Shown here piece after piece: positions 40,594 to 49,873 of a DNA stretch of 64,000 nt. Every line of letters begins with the position of its first letter. The stretch's first letter is position 1. A program made the position numbers and the translations under genes. Source of the stretch: Dehalococcoidia bacterium UBA1141 (GTDB lineage Bacteria; Chloroflexota; Dehalococcoidia; Lucifugimonadales; UBA3495); assembly GCA_002311385.1 (NCBI GenBank), contig DCAE01000047.1, positions 36,090-100,089 on the forward strand, given 5' to 3'. Below the pieces are notes generated by a model that saw only the letters and a list, made by a program, of their open reading frames with translations, was not told the DNA's origin and ran no database searches.

Positions 40594-41370
40594 TCACGCC
40601 TTTTGAACCAGGAGGAAAAATTCCTTGTTTCCGGCGTCGCCCAAGATTGGCGAAGCGCACAGGTTGCGCAACCTCAGGCCGCCGGCTACGACCCAAGTTA
40701 TAGTCTTGGCCAGAACCCGGGCGTGGACCTGTGGGTCCTTGATAACGCCTCCCCTGCCAACATCCTGCTTGACCGCTTCAAACTGGGGCTTTACCAAGGC
40801 GACCAAACAACCACCATCTTTCAGGTGCGCTACGGCTTGGGGTATCACCAACTTGAGGGATATGAAGGACACGTCGATAGTGACCAGGCCGACCGATTCC
40901 GGCAGTTCAAATGGGTACCTCGCATTAAGCTTTTCCATGACCACCACTCTGGCATCCTGCCGAAGGCGATAATCAAGCTGCCCGTGCCCAACATCCAAGG
41001 CAAATACTTTCCGCGCGCCCCGCTGCAGCAAACAATCGGTGAATCCGCCGGTGGATGCGCCCAGGTCCAAAGCAACCATCCCATTCGGCGAAATCCCGAA
41101 CTGGTCCAATGCATGGGCCAATTTCAATCCGCCCCGGCCCACGTAGGGGAGACGCCCGCGCACTTCCAACTCTGCCTTTGCGGTCAACAAGGAACTGGCC
41201 TTGGCGACTCGGCCGGAAGAGGTGAAAACTAGGCCCTCCATGATGAGCGTCTGAGCTTGTTCCCGGCTTTCAGCCAATCCTTTCGAAACCAACAACATGT
41301 CTGCTCGTTGCCTGGCGATTTTGGGTGAGCCTTTAGCCTTGGATTGTTTTTCCGCTCTTTCTGGACACAT
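40594..41370 (-). CDS. tlyA: TlyA family rRNA 2'-O-methyltransferase
   Basis: S4 domain, YVGRGGLKL, DLGASTGGFTD, DVSFISL, LVKPQFE, GNKEF. Confidence 0.94.
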   Translation of the reverse strand: MCPERAEKQSKAKGSPKIARQRADMLLVSKGLAESREQAQTLIMEGLVFTSSGRVAKASSLLTAKAELEVRGRLPYVGRGGLKLAHALDQFGISPNGMVALDLGASTGGFTDCLLQRGARKVFALDVGHGQLDYRLRQDARVVVMEKLNARYPFELPESVGLVTIDVSFISLKLVIPQAVAHLKDGGCLVALVKPQFEAVKQDVGRGGVIKDPQVHARVLAKTITWVVAGGLRLRNLCASPILGDAGNKEFFLLVQKA

Positions 41371-41569
41371 AAGCAGCCCCTATTCTACATGCCGTCCGGC
41401 TGTATCGGGGTAATGTTTATCTCAAGTATCCTCAGGGAACGAAAACCCTCCGGCGCAAAATGGCAGGCGGTGCCACGCAACGGAGGAACATTTAATTGGG
41501 GACGGCTAGTTGGGGAAGGCCTGTTCTAGGAAACACGGCTTGGAACGAAAGAACCCGGCAGGAGTATTC

Positions 41570-42358
41570 CTACTTTCCTATGAAACTGGGGCGGCGCTTC
41601 TCTAGGAACGCCCGGTAGCCCTCTCGATAATCCTGAGTGTCGAACTGGGTCAAGGGCAGAATGGCTTCTTCCGGCGTCAAATCACCAAGAGATGGCTTGG
41701 CTAGAACTTGGCCCATGGTCTGCTTGTTCACCTTGTGAGACAAGGGAGCAAGGTTAGCAATCTCGTTGGCCAGGCGGTAGGTATAGTCCTTGAGTTCGGC
41801 TTTGGGCAGTACCTGGTTCACCAAACCGATTCGCAAGGCCTCCTCGGTGGTCAGCAACCTGCCCGAGAGCAGGATGTACATAGCGTTGCCTTTACCCACA
41901 AGGTTGACCAACCCTTTCATCTCCTGATGGCCGACCGTGATGCCAAGACGGGCCACCGGTATGCCGAATCGGCTCCCTTCCGAGGCAATCCGTAGGTCGG
42001 TGGCGATGGCCAGTTCGCAGCCGCCGCCCACCGCAAAACCGTCAATCATCGAAATCGTGGGAGTGGCCATGGAGTCAAGTCGCAAAAGCAGCCCGTTCAC
42101 GGCGTCGTTGTACAGGGCCCCTTTTTGGGAGTCTGACCGATATTTTTGGAAATCTGTAATGTCGGCCCCCGCCGAAAATGCCTCGTCACCAGCCCCGGCA
42201 AAAACTATAGTGCGGATGTCTTGGTCAGAGTCCAGGTCGGCCAGAGTTGAGGCAAGCTCCCTCCACATACCATAGCTAATGGCATTACGCCGGTCCGGGC
42301 GGTTAAATATGATGGTGGCTAGTGGGGCTTCGTGTTGGACAAGAATGTAGTCAGACAT
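41570..42358 (-). CDS. Enoyl-CoA hydratase/isomerase
   Basis: NRPDRRNA, AFSAGADI, GFAVGGGCE, EGYRAFLEKRRP. Confidence 0.92.
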   Translation of the reverse strand: MSDYILVQHEAPLATIIFNRPDRRNAISYGMWRELASTLADLDSDQDIRTIVFAGAGDEAFSAGADITDFQKYRSDSQKGALYNDAVNGLLLRLDSMATPTISMIDGFAVGGGCELAIATDLRIASEGSRFGIPVARLGITVGHQEMKGLVNLVGKGNAMYILLSGRLLTTEEALRIGLVNQVLPKAELKDYTYRLANEIANLAPLSHKVNKQTMGQVLAKPSLGDLTPEEAILPLTQFDTQDYREGYRAFLEKRRPSFIGK

Positions 42359-42549
42359 GAGTTAAACCTTTGATTCAAGCCGCTTTGGGCGAAATGCGCA
42401 GGGGAATGCAGCTGCCGGTTTTACCTAAAATGTCAGGTAGACAGATGTTCGCGTATGTTTCAAGTCAGGCAGGGCCGCAGCACTACCGGTAATTTTTATA
42501 GCATAATCCAAAGGCCAACCGCGATTAATCTCTGGCCTCTATGTGTTGG

Positions 42550-43473
42550 TTATCGGCCTCGCAGACGGGGGTCCAACACGTCTCGGAGCGCATCGCCCAA
42601 GAAGTTGACCGAGAACACCACCACGCCGATGGCTATCAGTGGCGGAATTGGCAGCCAAGCCTGGGTGTCGATGAATTTTCTGCCCAACTGAATCATGCCA
42701 CCCCATGTTGCCACGTCGGGGGGAATTCCAACGCCCAAGAAGCTTAAGGCCGCTTCTACGACGATGGCAAATCCCAAACTGATTGTAATAAGCACGATAT
42801 AGGTGGCCATCACGTTGGGCAGCATATGACGCAGTACGATGCGAGTCGATGTGCCACCGATGGCCCTAGCGGCTAAGACGTAATCCAGTTCCTTGATGCT
42901 CAGCGCCTGGGATCGTACCACTCTGGTAGCGCCCGGCAGCAATATTGCGATAAGAGCGATTATGACGTTGCGGTCGGATGCGCCCAAGGCAGCCATCAGG
43001 CCCAGTGCCAAGATGATTGGCGGAAAGCCCATGAGTGCGTCAACAACTCGTTGCACCAGCAAATCGGCGATACCGCCAGCGTAGGCACTGGATATGCCAA
43101 TAAGAGTGCCGGCTGTGATGCCAATCAAGACACTCACCAAGCCAACTTTCATAGATATCCAAGCACCAAACATGAGTCGGCTCAGGGTATCTCGACCCAG
43201 TTGGTCGGTACCCAAAAACAGGTTGCCGCCAGGGCCCAAGAACTTGGCGCCCACTCCCACTTCATCCGGATCGTTCGGAGCTATCCCCGCATATCGGGTT
43301 AGCAGCCCGATCGCGATGACGGCAAACAGGACTATTGCGCCCGTCGCGCCCATGGGCTTACGCCGAGCGAAAGACCAAAACCCGGATAAGATGCTACCTG
43401 CACCCCACGGGTTGGCTTCTTGGCGAACCGTTAATTCAACTTCGGCCGTATTTTGGTTCCCGAACACTTGCAT
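42550..43473 (-). CDS. Peptide/nickel ABC transporter permease (DppC/OppC-like)
   Basis: LGTDQLGRD, YVLAARAIG...RHMLPN, NFLGDALRDVLDPR. Confidence 0.93.
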   Translation of the reverse strand: MQVFGNQNTAEVELTVRQEANPWGAGSILSGFWSFARRKPMGATGAIVLFAVIAIGLLTRYAGIAPNDPDEVGVGAKFLGPGGNLFLGTDQLGRDTLSRLMFGAWISMKVGLVSVLIGITAGTLIGISSAYAGGIADLLVQRVVDALMGFPPIILALGLMAALGASDRNVIIALIAILLPGATRVVRSQALSIKELDYVLAARAIGGTSTRIVLRHMLPNVMATYIVLITISLGFAIVVEAALSFLGVGIPPDVATWGGMIQLGRKFIDTQAWLPIPPLIAIGVVVFSVNFLGDALRDVLDPRLRGR

Positions 43474-43534
43474 GGCCCCTAACCTCTACAAAAGCGCCCT
43501 ACATTGACAACTGTTAGTTTTGGCCACTGATGAG

Positions 43535-44488
43535 CTAAGCGTATCGTATCCTTGGATCGAGAAGCCCGTAAAGAAGGTCAACTGCCAGGTTGACCGCCAC
43601 TATGACCACTCCGATGATAACAATCTCTGCCTGTATCAACGGGTAATCGCGGTGGAACACTCCCTCAATCAGGATCCGACCCATCCCAGGAATCAGGAAT
43701 ATGGTTTCTATGACAACCGTTCCGCCGAACAAACGGCCGAACTGCCAGCCGGATATGGTCAAAATGGGCAAGACAGCGTTCTTGAGGCCGTGGCGAAAGA
43801 CTACTACCTGCTCGGCCAAGCCCTTGGACCGGGCCGTGCGCATGTAGTCTTCCCGAAGAATCTCCATCATGGCTGATCGGGTTACCCGGGCGATGAAAGC
43901 CATCTCATAGAAAGCCAAAGCCAAGGCCGGGAAAATCATCTGGTGCAGGTTGGTTAACGGCTCGTCCCACGGTTTTTCATACCCCAGTGGCGCAAGACCG
44001 CCAACACGCACAAGGAACAATATAATCAGCACCGCCACCATGAAGTTGGGAATCCCGATGCCCACCAAGGTAAAGATGCGGGCTGCGTAGTCCAGCCAAC
44101 TGTCCGGTTTAAGCGCGGACAGTATTCCAAATGGGACGGCGACAACCACCGCCATAATGATGCTAAGTACCGCCAGCTCAATAGTTACCGGGATGCGCTC
44201 CTTCAACTCCCCCATGACCGGCGCTTTGAACCAGAAGGAATCGCCGAAGTCCCCTTTGAGCAGGCCGCCTACCCAGTCGAAATACTGGATAAACAGGTTT
44301 TTGTCGGTGCCAAATTGCGCCCGGAGATTTTCCAGGTCCGCCTGGGTATACTCTCCTCCACTATCGCCTTCTAGGAAGGCAATAGCCGGGTCGCCAGGAA
44401 CCAAACGCATCACCACAAAGACAATGATGGTGATTAGAAGCACCGTGGGGAAGAAAAGAGCTATTCTTTTGGCAGCGTATTCTCGCAT
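43535..44488 (-). CDS. Peptide/nickel ABC transporter permease (DppB/OppB-like)
   Basis: PGDPA, DYMRTARSKGL, HGLKNA, DLLYGLLDPRIRY. Confidence 0.93.
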   Translation of the reverse strand: MREYAAKRIALFFPTVLLITIIVFVVMRLVPGDPAIAFLEGDSGGEYTQADLENLRAQFGTDKNLFIQYFDWVGGLLKGDFGDSFWFKAPVMGELKERIPVTIELAVLSIIMAVVVAVPFGILSALKPDSWLDYAARIFTLVGIGIPNFMVAVLIILFLVRVGGLAPLGYEKPWDEPLTNLHQMIFPALALAFYEMAFIARVTRSAMMEILREDYMRTARSKGLAEQVVVFRHGLKNAVLPILTISGWQFGRLFGGTVVIETIFLIPGMGRILIEGVFHRDYPLIQAEIVIIGVVIVAVNLAVDLLYGLLDPRIRYA

Positions 44489-44662
44489 CTAAAAAGACCC
44501 GTCGTCAGCTATCTATCAAGAATTATTCTACCACCAACGCCGATGGCATTAGGAATCACACAAGACATTTCCCGTTAATAACAATGACCTGTCCCATTTA
44601 ACTGGGGCAGGTCATTGTTTAGTTCCTTTAGTATGTGACTGGCTCGGAGGCTAAAACTTAGT

Positions 44663-46474
44663 TTAGCGCTGTAGCCAGAGGTCTTCGTGCTTGAAACCGT
44701 ACTGTACGGTCTGTGGCACGTTGAAGCCTTGGATATCCTCGTGTACCAGCCAGAAGAACTTGCCCCAATACAGCGTCGTGGAAGGATTATCCACGTATCC
44801 CTTTGATAGATCGCTGACATCGGTGGGGACCAGATATTCTTCGATTTCCTTCAGAATCGCGCGGCGTGCGTCGGGATCCTGCTCGACCTTCTGGAGCTCG
44901 AACTTTTCGCGGATAAACGCGGGTTCCCAGTTGGTGTAATTTCGGGTGGCTCCATCTAGGTAAACGCCGCCCAACAGAGCGTCGGCATCTAAGACGGTCA
45001 TACCCTCACCTTGGCAGGCCAATGCCCAATCGCCTTCGGCGGACCGAGACGTTGCGAACAGAGCATAACCAGCCGCACTTTCGTAGGTCTGGATGTCACC
45101 CTTGATACCCAGGGCGTCTTCCAGTTGTTGCTTAACGACGGTGCAGACGTCCGGGTAGTTGCCTACTTGCCGGGCATCATAGGCCGTGGTGAAACCATCG
45201 GCGAATCCGGCGTCGGCCATCAATTGCTTGGCCAAAGCCAAGTCCTCTTGACCACCGGCGCTATCTTTCGATCGGATGCCAGGCCATTCGGCACACTCTT
45301 CAAAGCTGTAGCCCATATTCATCATGGGGCAAGGAATCGCTGCAGTATTGTCTTGCAAAAGGTCGTTGATTTGTTGCCGGTCCAACGCCAGGTACATGGC
45401 TTTGCGTACCCGGATATCGTCGAATGGCGCTTTCTTCGAGTTAACCATGAAGAGAACGTTGAAGGTGCCGCCCAACGGGTGGGCAGTAATGTGTCCATTG
45501 GCGGTACCCTTGGTGTCGGCGTCCAACTGCAGGTACTCGGTGGGTTGCAGGTTGGAGAAACCACCATTCATCATCTCCAACTGGCCAGCTTTGAACTGGG
45601 CAATCAGCGTGCCGGTGTCGGTGATTATGAAGTGGTCGATGCTATCGAAGTAAGGTCGGCCCTCTTTGAAGTAGTTGGGATTCTTGACCACCGAGTAGCT
45701 GTTACCCCTCTGGTAATCAGTCAGCATGAAGGGGCCGGAACCCGACTTGTTACTGATGATGTTCTCTGCCTGGTTCAGGTCTATATCCTGCTCAAGAAGA
45801 CTCTTGGGGAGGACTTTCACGTAATCCAAGGCCAGGAACTTGATGAAGGCCCCCGAGGGGAAGGACAGGTTGAACTCCACGGTGTCTGCGTCCACGGCCC
45901 TAACGCCGTTTTCTTCAGCAGGGAGCGTGTAGTTACGGAACAAGCCCGAGCGACCGATTGGCACGTCGGGGTTCATATAACGCGCCATCGTGAATGCAAT
46001 GTCTTCAGCGGTTAGGTCACTTCCATCTTGCCATTTGATACCGGAGCGGATTTTGAAAGTGAAGGTCTGACCACCGTTGGATATTTCCCAGCCAGAGCAC
46101 AGGTCGCAGATAATCTTGGTGGTCTCAACTGTGTCGTACTGTACTAACTGGTTGTAAAGCTGGGAGTAAGCCTGCACGCTTGATAGAGAACCCGAACCGA
46201 TGGGATCCCAGTCCCGGGTATCGGCATAGGCTGACATTCGGATCTCCCCACCGTATTTGGAGTCCGCAGCCGGAACGTCCGTGGCCTCGGGAACCGGTAC
46301 ATCGGTAGCGGCCACGGTGGGCCTCGGGGTTGACGTCGGGTCGCCCCCACAAGCAAGAGCAATTATCAGGAGCAAGGCTCCCAATAACGGCAACACTGTT
46401 TTTAGACTTATCATGCGTCGACTCAAATTCATCACTCCTAACATGCGCCGCAAATTGGTTTTCCAATCTGCCAC
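44663..46474 (-). CDS. Family 5 ABC substrate-binding lipoprotein
   Basis: LAC lipobox, TFKIRSGIKWQDG, GSGPF, KNPNYF..GRPY.D, PFDDIRVRKA. Confidence 0.9.
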   Translation of the reverse strand: MADWKTNLRRMLGVMNLSRRMISLKTVLPLLGALLLIIALACGGDPTSTPRPTVAATDVPVPEATDVPAADSKYGGEIRMSAYADTRDWDPIGSGSLSSVQAYSQLYNQLVQYDTVETTKIICDLCSGWEISNGGQTFTFKIRSGIKWQDGSDLTAEDIAFTMARYMNPDVPIGRSGLFRNYTLPAEENGVRAVDADTVEFNLSFPSGAFIKFLALDYVKVLPKSLLEQDIDLNQAENIISNKSGSGPFMLTDYQRGNSYSVVKNPNYFKEGRPYFDSIDHFIITDTGTLIAQFKAGQLEMMNGGFSNLQPTEYLQLDADTKGTANGHITAHPLGGTFNVLFMVNSKKAPFDDIRVRKAMYLALDRQQINDLLQDNTAAIPCPMMNMGYSFEECAEWPGIRSKDSAGGQEDLALAKQLMADAGFADGFTTAYDARQVGNYPDVCTVVKQQLEDALGIKGDIQTYESAAGYALFATSRSAEGDWALACQGEGMTVLDADALLGGVYLDGATRNYTNWEPAFIREKFELQKVEQDPDARRAILKEIEEYLVPTDVSDLSKGYVDNPSTTLYWGKFFWLVHEDIQGFNVPQTVQYGFKHEDLWLQR

Positions 46475-46718
46475 AGATTTCTACCCCCGGTAGTAGTCTG
46501 AGTGTAAACGCCACTCTAGAAACTATCGCAGACGATAGAATCATATCTGAAATCCGTGGAATCTTAGCCGAAAACACCAGCAAAGTCAAGAAATTTCAGC
46601 CGACAGAATGCCGCCAACTGGACGATTATCGCCTTCTATTTTTTCTCTTCTTTAGGTGCGCTTTTATCTTCTCGAGTTTCGTATGTTGCCCCATGAAGCA
46701 GCCAACTAATGTGGCCGA

Positions 46719-47054
46719 CTAAGTCGCCAACTTTCGATAAGGCTCCAACCAGTAATCGGCAGCTGCCCAAGTCTCGTCAAAGGTCTTATCGTCGTTGCTA
46801 TCCTCGCTCAAACTCGTGATGGACACCAAATCGGAGATTAGCAGCCGCCCGCCGTTGTTGCCGTCGAACACCAAGGTCCGGGTTCTTGGGTAAAAATGCC
46901 GGTTGCAATATGAATCCACCCAATCAGAAACAGCGATGAGGAGCTGAAACATCTCGTCGTCATCGCCGCTGCCCGCCGCCGGGTCCTTGAGCAGACTATC
47001 GTCTTTCAATTTGGTCAGGTCTCCATATATAGACCTGTAGGCTTCTCGGCCCAT
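46719..47054 (-). pseudogene. Phage gp6-like head-tail connector, probably 3'-truncated
   Basis: LLIAVSDWVDSYCNRHF..RTRT..FDG pattern; ends abruptly at YWLEPYRKLAT at the cluster edge. Confidence 0.6.
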
Positions 47055-47103
47055 CCAGCCTCCTTTGCTTCACTAATTAAATTAAGAGTGCTCTGTAATT
47101 AAC

Positions 47104-47523
47104 CTAAGACTGCTCCGACATCGGTTCACAAAACCGTGATCGAGTACTCGGAGCAGTGCCCCGCCAACGGCCGCTCAACACCTCGTCCCGATTTCCCTTG
47201 GGGCCCTGGTCTTTCAAAAACGTTCGTGTGACGGCGCTGTCTGAGTCGGGTACCGCAAGAACGTCTATCGCACGATTGGGCGCAGTAATCATGTTGCCTG
47301 CGTCGCCAAAGAAAAGCTCCCACAAGTGTCGACCGTCGCTGGCCTGTTGTAATACCTTGACGCGGACAAACCTCAGCTTCTTCCCGGAAGTAGGCGTCAA
47401 TATCGTCTGCCGGCCTATGTTCGTGCTGGCATCCACGACTGTGATCAACAACTGGTAGTTGCGTCGACGCAACAAAGGTTGGTAAGCCCGGCGGGCAGCG
47501 CCGCCCAGCCCAAGAGATGGCAT
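47104..47523 (-). CDS. Phage-cluster hypothetical protein, paralog of 47527..47937, C-terminus altered by a micro-inversion
   Basis: Shares DGRHLWELxFG, TRTFLKxQGPxG.RDEVLSGRW with its neighbour. Confidence 0.75.
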   Translation of the reverse strand: MPSLGLGGAARRAYQPLLRRRNYQLLITVVDASTNIGRQTILTPTSGKKLRFVRVKVLQQASDGRHLWELFFGDAGNMITAPNRAIDVLAVPDSDSAVTRTFLKDQGPKGNRDEVLSGRWRGTAPSTRSRFCEPMSEQS

Positions 47524-47526
47524 CTT

Positions 47527-47937
47527 CTAGGACTCCTCGGTGTATTCGACCACGATTTTATGGACGGTGGTTGGGGCTGTTCCCAGCCACCGTCCGCTCA
47601 AGACCTCGTCCCGTAAACCTCTAGGGCCTTGGGATTTGAGGAACGTCCTTGTCGACACCTCACCTTCGTTGGGAACGTCCAAGATGTCCACCGCCTTTAA
47701 AGGGTTAACCGCGATGTCGCTCCCGGTACCGAAATAAAGCTCCCACAGGTGCCTGCCGTCGACTTGCTCCTGGATTACCCTGGCCCGGAGAAGGCGTATC
47801 CGCCTCCCTTTAGAAGGGGTTGCCAAGGTGTCCCTAGTGTTGGATGTGTTGGAGTCGTGGGCGTTAACCAGAGCTACGTAGGGTCTTTGTCTCACGTTGG
47901 CGGAGCGGTTTCTGGACGCTTTTCTTGATGTCGTCAC
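47527..47937 (-). CDS. Phage-cluster hypothetical protein (beta-rich, probably structural)
   Basis: Tandem paralog of 47104..47523; overlapping start/stop with the upstream gene. Confidence 0.75.
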   Translation of the reverse strand: MTTSRKASRNRSANVRQRPYVALVNAHDSNTSNTRDTLATPSKGRRIRLLRARVIQEQVDGRHLWELYFGTGSDIAVNPLKAVDILDVPNEGEVSTRTFLKSQGPRGLRDEVLSGRWLGTAPTTVHKIVVEYTEES

Positions 47938-48119
47938 TTGAACAGCCTTCCGATACCCGCGCCGCCCAAGCCAGCTATGGCGGCCAGAGACGCAGTCAGG
48001 GCGTTTCCGTTGATACCTTGGCTTAGCGCATAGCCTTCCAACCCGGTGATGGCAAAAATCGTGAGTCCGGCTACGGCGGCGTAGGCTTTGGAAACATTCG
48101 GCTTAATAATTTGGCTCAT
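47934..48119 (-). CDS. Small two-TM protein (holin-like)
   Basis: 61 aa from ATG 48119 after GAGG; two hydrophobic helices, basic C-terminus. Confidence 0.55.
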   Translation of the reverse strand: MSQIIKPNVSKAYAAVAGLTIFAITGLEGYALSQGINGNALTASLAAIAGLGGAGIGRLFK

Positions 48120-48231
48120 TGATCCTCTTGGGAACCTCCTGTAATTCACGGGTTCTGTTTGCTTATCTAGCTGCCTTGATGGTGGGTGAATCCCTTGAAT
48201 GTGCGCTCCTAGATACTTCCGATGTGGGTTC

Positions 48232-48504
48232 CTAGATGCTCCCAATGAAGTCCACCTGATCGTTGTTGTTGGCTGCATCGGCCCAGAACTGGGCGGTGGA
48301 GGCCGGGTTAGCCAACTGGAACTGGATTGACTCTCCCGGTGTCAGGGTCATGCCGGCCGACGAGGACACGTCGCCACCGCCCAAGTAAATGTCGCCGGTA
48401 TTGTTCGACCTGGCCTTGAACACGGCGGTTTTGAAATTGCCCTTGTGGGCGGCCTGAACCCTGGTTCCGGCGGAAGCCACTGCTATCGTTCCCGATACGA
48501 CCAT
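48232..48504 (-). CDS. Phage-cluster small beta-rich hypothetical protein
   Basis: ATG overlaps the upstream TAA (TAATG); KA..NNTGDIYLGG..VSS..G..L.PGES pattern. Confidence 0.7.
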   Translation of the reverse strand: MVVSGTIAVASAGTRVQAAHKGNFKTAVFKARSNNTGDIYLGGGDVSSSAGMTLTPGESIQFQLANPASTAQFWADAANNNDQVDFIGSI

Positions 48505-49118
48505 TATTCCTCCACCCCGAAAACCATGCCGGAAACGGTGGCGTTGCTGGTGACGTCCAGGTCCAAGGTGTTGTCGGCTGTGGCCAAGAGCAGCCCTTCT
48601 CCCAAGGCTGGAGCGTTGTGGGTCCCCGCCGCCGCCAAGAGCGGTGTTTGGGCGATGACCGTCCCTGCTGCGCCGCTGTCTTGGAATTCCAAAGCAGCCC
48701 CGGCGCTGGTTGATAGGACCCATCCCAAGAGCCTGACCTTTTTGCCGGAACCAGGAGTCCAAACCGTGGCGGGGCTGCCGGCCGTTATGGCCACTGCGTC
48801 AATCATCTTGAAGGTGTCTGGCGTGAACGACAGCTTCAGTCGGCCTGCGGCGTCAACCAGCAGGTCAGCTATGTCTCCAGCTGCCACGGCAGGTATCGTT
48901 GTGCGATAGACACCGCCGATGCGTAGAGGGTTGCCTAGGGCCGCAGCATCATGGGCGGCAGCGCCGGATATCAGTGCTCTCCCAGCGGCGTCCAGTAGTA
49001 GGTAGGCATTATCCCCATCGGCTACCGACGGGGGAGTGGCTTGGTATTTGGAACCGACGCGCACCAGCCGGTCTTTGGTGTCGGCAGGAGCGTGATGCGC
49101 TCCCTCTGAATAACCCAT
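48504..49118 (-). CDS. Phage-cluster hypothetical protein with internal repeat
   Basis: Repeat P.VA.GD.A.LL.DAAGR occurs twice; SD AGGAAG. Confidence 0.7.
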   Translation of the reverse strand: MGYSEGAHHAPADTKDRLVRVGSKYQATPPSVADGDNAYLLLDAAGRALISGAAAHDAAALGNPLRIGGVYRTTIPAVAAGDIADLLVDAAGRLKLSFTPDTFKMIDAVAITAGSPATVWTPGSGKKVRLLGWVLSTSAGAALEFQDSGAAGTVIAQTPLLAAAGTHNAPALGEGLLLATADNTLDLDVTSNATVSGMVFGVEE

Positions 49119-49241
49119 GCTTAAACTTCCTCTTATAAGACTGCTTGCGTTAGAACATGTTGAAACGAACTAGATAGAGTGATAGCCCCGGCCCTTGGCG
49201 AATGCAAAGACCGGGACCCGAAGAGAACCGTTAACCTGTGG

Positions 49242-49706
49242 CTAGCTCAGGGGAACGTATTCAATGATTACTTTGCCCACTAGGCTGGCGGCGTTTTGAA
49301 CAAGAATCTTGCCGGTGACGTGGTCGTTGGTGCCACCCTTCTTGTCCCATTTGACCGGGGCTCCGCCATTGGAGCCAGCGCTCTTGTGGCGGTCGGAAGT
49401 ACCGGTGGCGTTCAGGTCCAACCCATCTATGATGTCGTCTCCCGTGTCGGTGGCTCCATCCACCAAGTCCACATCCAGGACCGAACTGGCGGTGCCGCCA
49501 GCGGTGGTGATGTCGACGATTACGTTGGTGACCAAACAGTCCACTCTTTCGGGGTTCTGTATGGCGAAGGCGAAGGCATTGGCGTTGCCCGATGCCAGGT
49601 CTTCGACGATATAACGCTTCATTACATAGGAGATGCCGCTCTGGTCCGGGGACAGCATGTTCTTCACCGCCTCGGCGGCGGGTTCGGCTTGGCTAATGGT
49701 TGTCAT
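49242..49706 (-). CDS. Putative capsid decoration/cement protein
   Basis: Directly downstream of the capsid gene, Gly/Ala/Thr-rich beta protein, SD GAGGAG. Confidence 0.55.
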   Translation of the reverse strand: MTTISQAEPAAEAVKNMLSPDQSGISYVMKRYIVEDLASGNANAFAFAIQNPERVDCLVTNVIVDITTAGGTASSVLDVDLVDGATDTGDDIIDGLDLNATGTSDRHKSAGSNGGAPVKWDKKGGTNDHVTGKILVQNAASLVGKVIIEYVPLS

Positions 49707-49873
49707 GAAATCTCCTCTTATGCGTGTGTGAGTCCCGGTATGATTCAGGTTGTTAGGTAAAAATTCACCGGGATTACTAGGCGGGATTCGCTTGTTGTCG
49801 TAAAAAACGGTGGCATCGGCGCCTGGCTTATGCCACTGTTTCTACAACGCCGGTGTAAAGGCAACCCCGTTGT

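Noticed and set aside
45011-46015. Long antisense ORFs (e.g. 45011..46015, 40603..41232, 53915..54541)
   Set aside because: Shadow frames opposite well-supported genes in GC-rich DNA, with no recognisable motifs.
42550-46474. ABC transporter lacking ATPase genes as something unusual
   Set aside because: Orphan binding-protein/permease sets that share ATPases encoded elsewhere are common.
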